Assembly (NCBI GenBank): GCA_964599035.1
Contig: CAZREP010000002.1
Location: 4,299-68,298, forward strand
Direction: 5' to 3'
DNA length: 64,000 nt
From: an uncultured Terrimonas sp.
Lineage (GTDB): Bacteria > Bacteroidota > Bacteroidia > Chitinophagales > Chitinophagaceae
The notes under the pieces were generated by a model that made no database searches, was not told the DNA's origin, and saw only the letters and a program-made list of their open reading frames with translations. Shown piece by piece: positions 27,562 to 38,073 of the stretch; the stretch's first letter is position 1; each line of letters begins with the position of its first letter. A program made the position numbers and the translations under genes.

Positions 27562-29238
27562 TTACCATCCCGGGTTTTGTTTTAATTCGGGATTGATTAA
27601 AATTTCTTTTGTAGGCAATGGCATCAGGTAATGCTTATTGGGATCAAACTTTCTTCCGGCGGAGCTTTCCACGATAATAAACCCATTGGCATCGGTTCTG
27701 TTTTGCCAGCTTGCATCCGCATAAGGATTTCTGTTTTGGCCTTCCACTACAATAGGGCCTGCCCATGGAGTGCCAACAATTTTGATGCCTTTCACGTCTG
27801 TAGGGAGCTCGGTTTCGGCTGTTTTCCATCTTCTCAGATCATCGTATCTAAACCCTTCCAGTGCAAGTTCTATGGTTCGCTCCCTCCTTATTTCCTCCCG
27901 CATGTTCAGCCCATTGGCAGTAACAAAGCTATTGGTCAATGCAAGCATGCCTGCTCTTGCCCGAAGTAAGTTTATTGATTTATTGAGATCTTCATCACTG
28001 ATACTACCATTTTTTTCAAAGCTGGCTTCTGCATAGATAAGAAGCATTTCCCCATATCTTAAAATATGGCGATCGTAACCGTATCCAAGCGTAAACGGCG
28101 ACTCGTTAGAAACCGGATCTTCAGACAAGAACTTAAACGTAGTATATCCTGTATTGGCATTACGTTGAGGATAGAAAGGCCAGCTTGCAACCGGTTCGGG
28201 ATACCAGAGTTGCATAGCTCCTGTGCCAGGCACAACAAAAGTCATTGTCATCCGTGGGTCGCGATTTTCGAATTCTGAACCTGTTTGATTGTAGCCCTGA
28301 AATAAAGGAGACTGGGTGATAGGTAACCCATCGGCACACAAATACATATCCGCCAGCTTTTTAGTAGGTAACAGATGTCCTTCACCAACTGTACTTGGAA
28401 ATGTTTGATTGGAAACACTTACCTGGTAACGCCGGTCTAATATTGCTTCAGATGCATCATCCCCTTCATCAATAAAAAAATACCGGTAGCTCTGGGCGCC
28501 CTTAGCCGTATAGAGGGAATATTGTGTGCTGTTCATAACGGTTGTTGCGGCGTCAATAGCAACATCCAGGTAGGTGTTGGCACTGGCATCTCCTCTCGAT
28601 TTGCCCCAGGTGCCTTCAAACAATGCCACCCTTGCTCTCAGCGCGTTGGCAGCGCCTTTGGTGATCCTGCCCACATCACTGCCCGACAATGCGCTTTTTT
28701 CAGGCAGGCTCGTTGCCGCTTCCGTGAGGTCTTTTAATATAAAATCCACGGTCTCTTTCCGTGTTGCTCTTGCAGAATACAATTCTTCGTCGTCAATATC
28801 CAGCTCACGGGTAATAATGGGCACTTCTCCGAACAGCTTATATATCATCCAGTAATTGTACGCTCTGAAAAATTTTGCCTCACCGATAAATGGTGTTAAT
28901 TCTGAAGCTATAGGCGCTTCTTCCGCTTTTGCGATGATCTTATTACAACGCCTGATATAAATGTATGCATTGGTCCACCTGCTGTCGCTTTCGGTAGTCT
29001 GGTAGGTGCCGTTACTAACGGAATTGGGCACATCGTAGGCTAAGTCTGTATAAGTATCCCACGTATTAAAGCCTTCAAGTGAAAGATACAGGTTATTGGC
29101 GGCCATTTTAAAGTCTGCTGTTGTTTTCCAGAAGGTACCGTCAGAGATAGTGTCTTTAGGGAAAAGATCCAGCCCCTTGTTGCATCCTGTTAATAACAGG
29201 ATGGAAACAGCGAGTATTTTAAAATATGTATGGTTCAT
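27562..29238 (-). CDS. SusD/RagB lipoprotein
   Basis: LLTGC lipobox, GEAKFFRAY, GRITKGAA, ERTIELALEGFRYDDLRRW and QNPGW. Confidence 0.95.
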   Translation of the reverse strand: MNHTYFKILAVSILLLTGCNKGLDLFPKDTISDGTFWKTTADFKMAANNLYLSLEGFNTWDTYTDLAYDVPNSVSNGTYQTTESDSRWTNAYIYIRRCNKIIAKAEEAPIASELTPFIGEAKFFRAYNYWMIYKLFGEVPIITRELDIDDEELYSARATRKETVDFILKDLTEAATSLPEKSALSGSDVGRITKGAANALRARVALFEGTWGKSRGDASANTYLDVAIDAATTVMNSTQYSLYTAKGAQSYRYFFIDEGDDASEAILDRRYQVSVSNQTFPSTVGEGHLLPTKKLADMYLCADGLPITQSPLFQGYNQTGSEFENRDPRMTMTFVVPGTGAMQLWYPEPVASWPFYPQRNANTGYTTFKFLSEDPVSNESPFTLGYGYDRHILRYGEMLLIYAEASFEKNGSISDEDLNKSINLLRARAGMLALTNSFVTANGLNMREEIRRERTIELALEGFRYDDLRRWKTAETELPTDVKGIKIVGTPWAGPIVVEGQNRNPYADASWQNRTDANGFIIVESSAGRKFDPNKHYLMPLPTKEILINPELKQNPGW

Positions 29239-29258
29239 GGTAGTGATTGGTTGATGGT

Positions 29259-32200
29259 TTAGAATTTGATATCCAGTCCGAAGGAAATTACGCTGTTAAA
29301 GGGATAGGTTTGCTCATCCGTACGTTCCCATGTTTCCTCAGGATCGAAAGAACGGTTCCATGTATCCTTTGAAAAAGTAAACAGGTCCTGCCCGCTAACA
29401 TATACACGAATATTTTGCATCTTAGCTTTGTGCACCAGGGCTTGAGGTAAATTGTAGGCCAGTGTTAATACCTTCAGCCGCAGGTAAGCCAGGTTGTTCA
29501 TACGCATGGAGGAATATCTCCAGTTCCAGTTCCGTATTCCGTCGAAGCCAACGGAACCGGGTATAATACGGGGATATTTTGCATCAGGGTTTTCAGGCGT
29601 CCAGTTTTTACCATAGAAGTATTCCAGGGGTTGCATCCATACCTGCCATAGTGGTACGCTGATTTCTCCTGTTCTTATCCCGCTTCGTTTTCCAATACCC
29701 TGCAGAATAACAGCCAGGTCGAACCCTTTATAAGAAACACTGATATTCGATGAATAAGCATACCGGGGAAGCAGGTTCCCTAAATACACCATATCGCCCT
29801 GTGTTCCTTTTCCTGCATCGCCAAAGGCAGTGATCTTTCCATCCCCGTCAACATCCTTATACATCACGTCTCCCACACCCAGGTTGGCAGGCACGTTGCC
29901 CAACTGTTTGTAAGCGGCCAGTTGCTCTTCATTTTGAATGATACCATCAAACTGGTATCCGAAATATGAATTTAATGAATAGCCTTTCCGGGCATAAATC
30001 AATCCTTCTCCGTACGCGTCATTTCCTTTCAGCTCAATCAGCTTATTCTTATTATCGCTGAGCATAGCCGAAATGCTATACCTAAAATTTCCGATCTGGT
30101 CATTCCAACCTAAAGTGAGATCCCAGCCTTTTGTTTCTAACTTACCTATATTTTGTGTGGGTGCCGATCCGCCTAATGTGGCAGGCAACTGATCATTTAC
30201 CAGCATGTTCTTGTTGCTCTTGATATAATAATCGAAGCTTCCGGTCAACCTCGAATGCAGAAGTGCAAAATCAATTCCCAGGTTTCTTGCCTCGATCGTT
30301 TCCCATGTACGACTTTGTGAGGCAATGCTGGCTACCGCACCCGGTAATCCCACATTAGGTGATCCCAGGGGATAAGCGCCGGAAATAGAGATCAGGGAAA
30401 TATAATCGTAGTTTCCAAAGTTAAGCTCCTGGTTTCCCGATTGTCCCCATGATGCTCTCACCTTCAGGTTGTCGAAAACATCCAGGGATCTGATAAAATT
30501 TTCTTCAGACAGATTCCAGGCTGCTGCAACGGATGGGAATAAAGCGCTCCATCGTTTGCTCTCTGCAAATTTGGAACTGCCGTCCATTCTCGTTGTAAAA
30601 TCTATCAAATATTTTTTATCGAAGGAATAGCTTAACCGGCCAAAATAGGATTGCAAGGCCCAGGCAGATGCGCCCCCGCTGAAATTGGAATACTCTGTTT
30701 TTGTCCTGTCTGCAAGGTTCAGTGTAAATAGTTCATTGCTGGCAAAATTATACCCCGTTATGGATTGATTCTGGTAATCTTTCCTTTCACGGGAGGCTCC
30801 CACCATCACATTCACCTTATGTTTGCCTGATATGTTTTTGTTATAATCAAGATAAGCCGTATAATTCTGATAAACATTCTTAGAATTTGTAAACAAAGCG
30901 CTATTCGGATTATTTACAATGTCAAAATCGCTTCCGTCCCAATTGTGTTGTGCGAAGGTAGGGCGTGTTTCCTTCCTGTCATTGAAATCTATAATCACAC
31001 CGGCCTGACCTACCAACAGCAAATCATTGAGCAGCTTAAGGTTCCCTTTCAGGTTAGTAGAGACCCGGTAGGCATTCTCCTTATTTAGACCTCCTTCCTC
31101 AAGATACTGAATAGGATTTCTAAACCCTCCCTGGTATTTATAAAGCTGTCCCAATGGATTATAGATGGGAACGTAGTTACCCATCTGGTTTACATAATAT
31201 AATATGCTGCCAAGCGCAGTAGGAGTAACGATAGGCTGGTTCTCAAAGCTGGTCCTTGTTTCAATATTTATCTTATCGGAAATCTTAAAATCATAGTTCA
31301 TGCGAAGGTTATACCGGCTGGAATGGTTTTCTCCATGCCTGAACACACCCTCGTTCCTTTCATATCCTGCCGAGAAAAGATATGAGCTGTTATCACCACC
31401 ACCGGATATGCTGAGGTTATGTGTTTGCTGAGCGCCTGTTCCATACACTGCATCGTTCCAATCGTGCGACTGGTAAAATCCGGGGAAATTTTCAAGGTAT
31501 TTCAACCATCCTGTGGGGTCAGGCTCCGCATTGTTCCTGATCTTTTCAAAAACTTCTTCAGAAACGCCGGGCAGGTTCACATTTCTCATGCCTTCATCAT
31601 ACATTTCGGCAAGGTGCAGCGTGTTTGTTCTCTCCTTTACAAACTGAGGTGTTTTTATTCCATAGTTCCCCGAATATGAAATGCTGGGCGAGCCTTTCTT
31701 CCCCTTTTTTGTGGTAACAATTATTACGCCATCAGCGGCACGTGCTCCATAGATAGAAGCGGCAGCGTCTTTTAATGCCGTGACTTCAGCTATATCGTTG
31801 GGGTTAATAAGATTAAGATCTCCGGGAATGCCATCTATCAGAACCAATACCCTGTTACCGCCCACCGAGGAGACGCCGCGTATTTGTGCTGAATAGTTCT
31901 CGAAACCGGGTCTGCCGCTTCCCCTGGTAATGGTAACTCCAGGTAAAGCTCCCTGCAGGGCAGTCATGGTATTGGTGAGCGGCCTGGTTTCGAATGCCTT
32001 ACTGTCAACTTTAGACACAGCGCCCGTTAATTCGCCTTTCAATTTGGTTCCGTAGCCAATTACCACTACTTCACTAAGTTTTGTGTCCAGCAAGGGTAGG
32101 GTTACGTTCAGGCTTGTTTTGCCGCTTACCTTTATTTCTTCCTTTTGGTAACCAACAAATTCAAAAACAAGAATATCATTTGCAGATGCCCCTATTGAAA

Positions 32201-32414
32201 AATTTCCCTTAGCATCGGTAGTAGTACCAATATTGGGGGTTCCTTTAACCGTTATAGAAACGCTCTGTAATGGGTTGTTGTTCTCATCTCTGACTTTACC
32301 GGTAATATTTTTTTGCTGGGCAAATGACAAGCCCGATGAAAAGGAGAAAAACAGCACTAGTAAAAATCTCAAAGATGAAGCAGACTTTTTTTTAGTTAGA
32401 TTCTGATTAGTCAT
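29259..32414 (-). CDS. SusC/RagA TonB-dependent transporter
   Basis: EVVVIGYG, LKDAAASIYGARAADGVIIVTTKKG, DGSSKF and C-terminal F. Confidence 0.96.
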   Translation of the reverse strand: MTNQNLTKKKSASSLRFLLVLFFSFSSGLSFAQQKNITGKVRDENNNPLQSVSITVKGTPNIGTTTDAKGNFSIGASANDILVFEFVGYQKEEIKVSGKTSLNVTLPLLDTKLSEVVVIGYGTKLKGELTGAVSKVDSKAFETRPLTNTMTALQGALPGVTITRGSGRPGFENYSAQIRGVSSVGGNRVLVLIDGIPGDLNLINPNDIAEVTALKDAAASIYGARAADGVIIVTTKKGKKGSPSISYSGNYGIKTPQFVKERTNTLHLAEMYDEGMRNVNLPGVSEEVFEKIRNNAEPDPTGWLKYLENFPGFYQSHDWNDAVYGTGAQQTHNLSISGGGDNSSYLFSAGYERNEGVFRHGENHSSRYNLRMNYDFKISDKINIETRTSFENQPIVTPTALGSILYYVNQMGNYVPIYNPLGQLYKYQGGFRNPIQYLEEGGLNKENAYRVSTNLKGNLKLLNDLLLVGQAGVIIDFNDRKETRPTFAQHNWDGSDFDIVNNPNSALFTNSKNVYQNYTAYLDYNKNISGKHKVNVMVGASRERKDYQNQSITGYNFASNELFTLNLADRTKTEYSNFSGGASAWALQSYFGRLSYSFDKKYLIDFTTRMDGSSKFAESKRWSALFPSVAAAWNLSEENFIRSLDVFDNLKVRASWGQSGNQELNFGNYDYISLISISGAYPLGSPNVGLPGAVASIASQSRTWETIEARNLGIDFALLHSRLTGSFDYYIKSNKNMLVNDQLPATLGGSAPTQNIGKLETKGWDLTLGWNDQIGNFRYSISAMLSDNKNKLIELKGNDAYGEGLIYARKGYSLNSYFGYQFDGIIQNEEQLAAYKQLGNVPANLGVGDVMYKDVDGDGKITAFGDAGKGTQGDMVYLGNLLPRYAYSSNISVSYKGFDLAVILQGIGKRSGIRTGEISVPLWQVWMQPLEYFYGKNWTPENPDAKYPRIIPGSVGFDGIRNWNWRYSSMRMNNLAYLRLKVLTLAYNLPQALVHKAKMQNIRVYVSGQDLFTFSKDTWNRSFDPEETWERTDEQTYPFNSVISFGLDIKF

Positions 32415-32454
32415 GACAGCAATGTTTTAGTCATCAATTTTTAAGACTGAAAAT

Positions 32455-32519
32455 CAAATTTATAATTATGGAAATGTTCTGTTGATGGATGATCCTTGGT
32501 GTTTAATGGATTATTTTAC
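32455..32519 (-). promoter_or_regulatory. susC promoter with putative AraC operator
   Basis: TAAATTTG at 32455-32462 plus ATGGA direct repeats 21 bp apart (32485, 32506); same geometry as 35908-35972. Confidence 0.7.
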
Positions 32520-32534
32520 GATCCCATGAAAATA

Positions 32535-35500
32535 TCAATGCTCAGATAATGCTATTTTTTTATGAGTGAGCATACCCTGGTGATTTTTATCAAGTTCCAG
32601 CACCTGTGCAAAAAAGTTGGCTGCTTTTGCTGCATATTCTTTTCCCAAGCCGAGATTTCCGAGCGCCATTAAATAATAACAATGAATTTTATTCAACAGG
32701 TTCAGATCCGTATCAAATACAGATAAGCCAGGTAGCGATACGGCAAAATAATCGATGCTGATGTTATCGTCAATATGCTTCTCTCCAAAGGATATAAGGC
32801 TTTTAAAAATGGCTGCAGCCTTTTCGGGGTCGTTCAGTTTTAACCATGCCAGTCCCTGGTAAAATATCTTATCGGGTTGGGGATCATTATAAAAAACAGC
32901 CTGAACAGGTTCGCTGATGCCCCGGGCTGCCATCCTGTAATAGCGGTCAGCCATAGCTTTGTTCCCCAGTTTTTCATAAGCCACTCCTTTCCAGTAATGA
33001 ATGTCATTTTCCTGCGTTCCCGCCAGTTTGCCTTCACCCAGGTTAGATGGATAATTTTCCGCCTGGCTCAATAAGCCTAATGCCTCTTCATATTTACCTG
33101 CGCTAACAGCTTGTTTTGCCAGTTCAAGACAGCAGATAAGATATTGCTGAATTACTTTACCTTCTCCACCTTCCCAGGGATGGAATGTATGTGCACTTAA
33201 AAGAGACTTTGCTTTCCCGTAATCTTTCGATTGATTGTATAAGGTGATTCTCTCCAGGTAAAGGTCATCCCTCTGATCAACAAGGGATAAATGTTTATTC
33301 AAAAAATTAAGTCTTTCCGTGTGATCCCTGTTTAACCTTTTATACAATTGATCTAATTCCATTAATACGCGGGCATCTGTTTCATCTAATGAAAAAGCCT
33401 TTTCCATGAATCGTAATGCCTTATCGGCATCACCGCGTTTATTGTAGTAGGCCAATGAAAGATTGCGATGCACTGTTGGAAAGCGATCATTTATCTGTAC
33501 AGACCTTTCCCAGCATTCAATGGCTTCATTGTATTGTCTTTTGTCGAACCAATAATTGCCCTGGTAATAATATGCCATGGCATCGCTGGGGTTCAATTCT
33601 ATCGCTTTTTGAAGAACAACTACATCTTCTATTTTGTTCGGGAAAACAAAATCAGGCGAAAGCGACGCAGCTCGTTGAAAATGTTCCGTTGCCAGCGCTA
33701 TGTTGCCTGACTGAGAGGTTAACCAGCCAAGATAGTATTCAACCAAAGTGTTTTTATCATCGTGCGTTTTATAAATGGAAAGAAGCTGTATGGCCTCTTC
33801 ATACAGTCCCGCGTGTGCATAATCAAAAGCGTACTCCACAAAGTTATTCGCATTATTCCTGCTGATATTTTTCAGGTGATTCAATACATCGTTAGCGGCC
33901 GGCGTATGTCCTTTTTCATTTATTAATAAAACGTATTTTTCAAATAGGCAGCCGAAATTGAAAGGATCCAGTGCTAAAGACTCCTCAATGCAATCTTCCG
34001 CTTTTTTATAAAGGTTGAGCTTTCGGAGAATAAAAACCCTGGCATGCCTTGCTGTATGACTGTGATAATTCTTCACTAAAGATTTCCCGATAAAGTCTAA
34101 TGCCGCTTCGTAATCCTTTTTTAGGGTGGCAATTCTCGCGAGGTTTAGATAGCCCGCATGCTGCCATGCATCGTTCCAGGTACTCTTGTAAAAGGCGTCG
34201 TAGGCTTCATCGTTCCTGTTTTGCATCATAAGTGACCACCCCAGGTTATAGTAGGGTTCGCCGTCGTAGGGATTGGGGTTATGCTGCGTGATCGTTTCAA
34301 CCGCTTTTTTGAAAAGGGGCTCGGCTTTGGCAAAGCATCCCCGTCTCAAATACCATAAGCCCATTGCATTATTATTGCGTGTGTCTTTGGGGTCTCTTCT
34401 CAGCGCCTCTTCATAATAGTCGGTGGGTTTATATGTAGCATGACGATACTGCTCCAGGTGCTGTCCGGTTAAAAATAGTTGTTCATTGTTTTCAACATCA
34501 GCAGGACGTTTAGCGGGTTGTGCGGGCTGTGGTACAGGTCGGTCTATATATTTCTCTTCCTGGTAGCTTACCAGTTCTCTGCCTGTGGCTAGGTTGGTGA
34601 TCAACAGTTTTACATCTTCCGGAAATATGCCCTCTGCGAGGATTACTTTTTTGAGAAAGGGATTTTCAGGAGAGGAAGAAACCGTTTTAGTAAACAGAAG
34701 TTCTTCACCTCTAATCAGGTCAATCTTAATTTTTTCATATACCGATGTAACGTATAATATAATTTCTGCTGTATTGCCATTTATTTCGAGATTGATTGCA
34801 GCATCCTTAGTGGCATTTTTTACCAGGCCCACTTCCCGGTATGGCATAAAATATTGCACGAAAGTTTTTTCCTCGTAAGGTTGAATCCACGAAAAATCAG
34901 GCTGGTTGTCTGTATAAACTCCCGTCATTAATTCTATATACGGCCCGTCTTCATCGGTAAGGTTCTTGTCCCAGGTACGGCCAAATTCACCATTACCCCA
35001 TGTCCATTGCTTTTTACCCGGGGCAATGTGGTGGTCGGCCACGTGAAGCAAACCGCCTTTGCTGTCGTGTTCATATCCGCCCATAAAATTGTACCTTGAG
35101 CTTACTGCCATGTAGGAAGTGGGTACAGGAATATTTTTATATCTTGAAATATCTGTTCCGGGTGCATAATTTACTTTATAATAAACGCCTTTGGCTATGG
35201 GAAAAGAGGATACATCTCTTTTGCCATGATCAAACACCGCGTGCACATCTGGTGGAAAAACGGATTGATAGTGATCATTCACTTTAACGGCAGGGTTGGC
35301 CCACCATAAAAAAGTTTGCGGGAACGGGGTACGGTTATACAACTTCCCTTTTATTTCTATATATGCTTTGCCGGGGTATACCGTAAAACCCGCCATTCCC
35401 TTCGTTCTGAACATACGCTCCACTTCATTCACCCACACGGTTTTGCTGCCGTCCTCGTTTTCAGCGATCGTAAAATCTACCGGCTCAAAAGTGGAAGGCC

Positions 35501-35876
35501 GGTGATGCTGCGGCCAGTTAAACTCTATGCCGCCAGAAATCCAGGGGCCGGTAAGTCCTACCAATGCTGGTTTGATTACCCGATTGTAATAAACAAAATG
35601 CCTTTGTTTTACTTTGTCATAGGCCATTTGTATTCGGCCTCCCAGTTCAGGCAGGATCATTATTTTTAAATAATAATTTTCCAGGAAGACAGCCTTATAA
35701 GTTTTAACGATTTTATTATCCTCTATTTTTTCTATAACGGCGTAAGGATATACCACACCGCTGCTCCCCTGGTATACCCGCTTTTCCAGGAACATAGGAT
35801 TTTTCTCCGGAAGCCCTGCAGGGTAAGTTGGAATGTTAACCTCCTCTACCCATGCTTTTACTTCTCCCTGATTCAT
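32535..35876 (-). CDS. DUF5107 + TPR protein (YphG-like)
   Basis: 1113 aa with RVYQGSSG, IKPALVGLTGPWISGGIEFNWPQHHRP, KKQWTWG, FHPWEGGEG and TPR repeats; no signal peptide. Confidence 0.88.
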   Translation of the reverse strand: MNQGEVKAWVEEVNIPTYPAGLPEKNPMFLEKRVYQGSSGVVYPYAVIEKIEDNKIVKTYKAVFLENYYLKIMILPELGGRIQMAYDKVKQRHFVYYNRVIKPALVGLTGPWISGGIEFNWPQHHRPSTFEPVDFTIAENEDGSKTVWVNEVERMFRTKGMAGFTVYPGKAYIEIKGKLYNRTPFPQTFLWWANPAVKVNDHYQSVFPPDVHAVFDHGKRDVSSFPIAKGVYYKVNYAPGTDISRYKNIPVPTSYMAVSSRYNFMGGYEHDSKGGLLHVADHHIAPGKKQWTWGNGEFGRTWDKNLTDEDGPYIELMTGVYTDNQPDFSWIQPYEEKTFVQYFMPYREVGLVKNATKDAAINLEINGNTAEIILYVTSVYEKIKIDLIRGEELLFTKTVSSSPENPFLKKVILAEGIFPEDVKLLITNLATGRELVSYQEEKYIDRPVPQPAQPAKRPADVENNEQLFLTGQHLEQYRHATYKPTDYYEEALRRDPKDTRNNNAMGLWYLRRGCFAKAEPLFKKAVETITQHNPNPYDGEPYYNLGWSLMMQNRNDEAYDAFYKSTWNDAWQHAGYLNLARIATLKKDYEAALDFIGKSLVKNYHSHTARHARVFILRKLNLYKKAEDCIEESLALDPFNFGCLFEKYVLLINEKGHTPAANDVLNHLKNISRNNANNFVEYAFDYAHAGLYEEAIQLLSIYKTHDDKNTLVEYYLGWLTSQSGNIALATEHFQRAASLSPDFVFPNKIEDVVVLQKAIELNPSDAMAYYYQGNYWFDKRQYNEAIECWERSVQINDRFPTVHRNLSLAYYNKRGDADKALRFMEKAFSLDETDARVLMELDQLYKRLNRDHTERLNFLNKHLSLVDQRDDLYLERITLYNQSKDYGKAKSLLSAHTFHPWEGGEGKVIQQYLICCLELAKQAVSAGKYEEALGLLSQAENYPSNLGEGKLAGTQENDIHYWKGVAYEKLGNKAMADRYYRMAARGISEPVQAVFYNDPQPDKIFYQGLAWLKLNDPEKAAAIFKSLISFGEKHIDDNISIDYFAVSLPGLSVFDTDLNLLNKIHCYYLMALGNLGLGKEYAAKAANFFAQVLELDKNHQGMLTHKKIALSEH

Positions 35877-35907
35877 AACAAGACAATATTTATTTGATGT
35901 TTAGATT

Positions 35908-35972
35908 CAAAATTATTCCATCATCTCAGCTTATTTGATGGAGAAACATTGTATTCAGATGGACTTTTTTAC
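35908..35972 (-). promoter_or_regulatory. DUF5107-gene promoter with putative AraC operator
   Basis: TAATTTTG at 35908-35915 plus ATGGA repeats at 35938 and 35959. Confidence 0.7.
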
Positions 35973-35997
35973 TATTTTTAAACCATATTCCTCAAAT

Positions 35998-36891
35998 ATG
36001 GAGCTTAGTATAAAAAAGAAAGAAGGTTTTCAGGGACAAAAGCTTATCGTGATCCCCAAGCAGGTCATTAACGGGAAATGTGTAAGAAATGAGATGATCA
36101 ACAGCCTGTATATTACAGACATCGGTTACTATCCCAAAGCACGGTATCACTATATGGAGCGGGCACGAGGCGCAGAACAATATATATTGATCTACTGCCA
36201 CGATGGTAAAGGAAATGTTTCTATACGGAATAAAGAATACAATATGCAATCGGATGATTTTATTATTATTCCCAGTGGAACACCTCATTCTTACACCGCA
36301 GATGAAAAGGATCCATGGAGTATTTACTGGATCCACTTTAAAGGCACCATTGCCAATAAAATCGCATCCGACATTGAAAAAAGGAAGGGACTGAGATGTT
36401 CTATCAGGTTTAAAGAAAGAACCATTGCTCTGTTTAATGAAATCTATGCTCAATTAGAGAAAGGATATTCCAAAGACAACCTGATCTGCGCCAATATGTG
36501 CCTGTCTCATTTTTTTTCAACATTTCTTTTTAACGACAAATTCGATATGTCGGGTAAGTTAAGCAATAAGGACACGGTTGACCTTGCTATAGATTTCCTG
36601 AGTAAACATACGGCGAGCATGTTGTCCCTGGAAGACATCGCCTGTGAAGTAAACCTGTCGCCTTCACATCTTTCATATTTGTTCAAGAAGAAAACAGGTT
36701 TTTCCCCGATGGAATACTTTAACCATTTAAAGGTTCAGATGGCCTGCCAGTACCTGCTCTTTACTAAATTAAGAATCAAAGAGATCTCGCAGGAGGTAGG
36801 TATAGAAGATCAATACTATTTCTCAAGAATGTTCAAAAAAGTAATGGGAATGTCACCTAATGAATACCGGGGGAAAAAAAATACCAGATAG
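35998..36891 (+). CDS. AraC-family transcriptional regulator
   Basis: Cupin ligand domain (YITDIGYYP, PWSIYWIHF) and double HTH (YFSRMFKKVMGMSPNEYR). Start set at MELSI. Confidence 0.93.
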   Translation: MELSIKKKEGFQGQKLIVIPKQVINGKCVRNEMINSLYITDIGYYPKARYHYMERARGAEQYILIYCHDGKGNVSIRNKEYNMQSDDFIIIPSGTPHSYTADEKDPWSIYWIHFKGTIANKIASDIEKRKGLRCSIRFKERTIALFNEIYAQLEKGYSKDNLICANMCLSHFFSTFLFNDKFDMSGKLSNKDTVDLAIDFLSKHTASMLSLEDIACEVNLSPSHLSYLFKKKTGFSPMEYFNHLKVQMACQYLLFTKLRIKEISQEVGIEDQYYFSRMFKKVMGMSPNEYRGKKNTR

Positions 36892-36993
36892 GAAACGGGC
36901 ATTGTCGCAATGTATTTCTTTCCTACAAATCCATTAGGATATTTTGATTATTCAGTGAATACTAAATAAGGAGGCAGGGATAACAATACATCG

Positions 36994-38046
36994 CTATCCC
37001 GTTTTCACCCTGGGATCGACAATGCTGTACAATATATCCGAAAGGATATTGATAAGCACGAATAATGTTGCGGTTACCAGCACGCTGCCCATCACCACCG
37101 GGAAGTCGAGCTTATCCAATGCATCTACCGTTACTTTCCCGATCCCTTTCCAGCCGAAAATATATTCCACAAAGAATGCGCCGGCCAGCAGTTCGGCAAA
37201 CCATCCGGTAATTGCCGTAAGCACCGGGTTGAGTGCATTACGGAGGGCATGCTTGAATATTACTTTCCTTTTGCTGAGTCCTTTGGCGTAGGCGGTGCGT
37301 ATATAATCCTGGTTCAATACATCCAGCATGGCGCTGCGGGTAAGCTGGGTAATGATGGCCAGGGGGCGGATGCCCAGCGTGAGGGCGGGAAGGATAAGGT
37401 TTTTCAGGGCAGGATATTTTTCACCGGTATAATTATCGTATTCGTAATAGCTTCCGGTTAGGTTCAGCCCTGTATAAGGTCCCAACACAATAGCAAAGCA
37501 GTAAGCAATAAGGATACCCGTAAAAAAGGAGGGAGCCGAAATACCCACCACACTGCTAAAAACTGCAGAGGTATCCAGCCAGGTATTTTGCTTAACAGCC
37601 GCCAGCACGCCCAGTGCGATGCCGGTAACAGCGGCAAACAGCATAGCTGCCATCGCCAGCAATATGGTGCCCGGCAAAGCTTCCATCAGTACGTTCAGTA
37701 CATCTCTTTTGGTTTGATAGGAGTGACGCAGGTAAGGAAGCTTGATGGCAAGGCTGGTGTTTTCGCTACCGATGAACCATCCTTTCAGGTTCTTTTGCCT
37801 GATCTCCTGCCCGGAATGAACGCTTACAGGTGAAATATCATTTACATAATATAAAAACTGTTTCCATTTGGGCTGGTCGAGGTACAACTCTTTACGTATG
37901 TTTTGAATGGTGGCACTGTCGCCTGTTTGTCCTAATACAAGGCGTGCGGGATCACCGAAGCCCTGGAATAAAAAAAATACAATGCATACCACTCCTGCCA
38001 GAACAAGCAGCGCATAAAAAATTTTCCTGGTAAAGTGTTGTATCAA
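36994..38046 (-). CDS. ABC transporter permease, DppB/OppB family
   Basis: TRSAMLDVLNQDYIRTAYAKGL, HALRNAL and VEYIFGWKGIG. Confidence 0.92.
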   Translation of the reverse strand: MIQHFTRKIFYALLVLAGVVCIVFFLFQGFGDPARLVLGQTGDSATIQNIRKELYLDQPKWKQFLYYVNDISPVSVHSGQEIRQKNLKGWFIGSENTSLAIKLPYLRHSYQTKRDVLNVLMEALPGTILLAMAAMLFAAVTGIALGVLAAVKQNTWLDTSAVFSSVVGISAPSFFTGILIAYCFAIVLGPYTGLNLTGSYYEYDNYTGEKYPALKNLILPALTLGIRPLAIITQLTRSAMLDVLNQDYIRTAYAKGLSKRKVIFKHALRNALNPVLTAITGWFAELLAGAFFVEYIFGWKGIGKVTVDALDKLDFPVVMGSVLVTATLFVLINILSDILYSIVDPRVKTG

Positions 38047-38073
38047 GCAATGATGATTTTCGGAATTATACTG

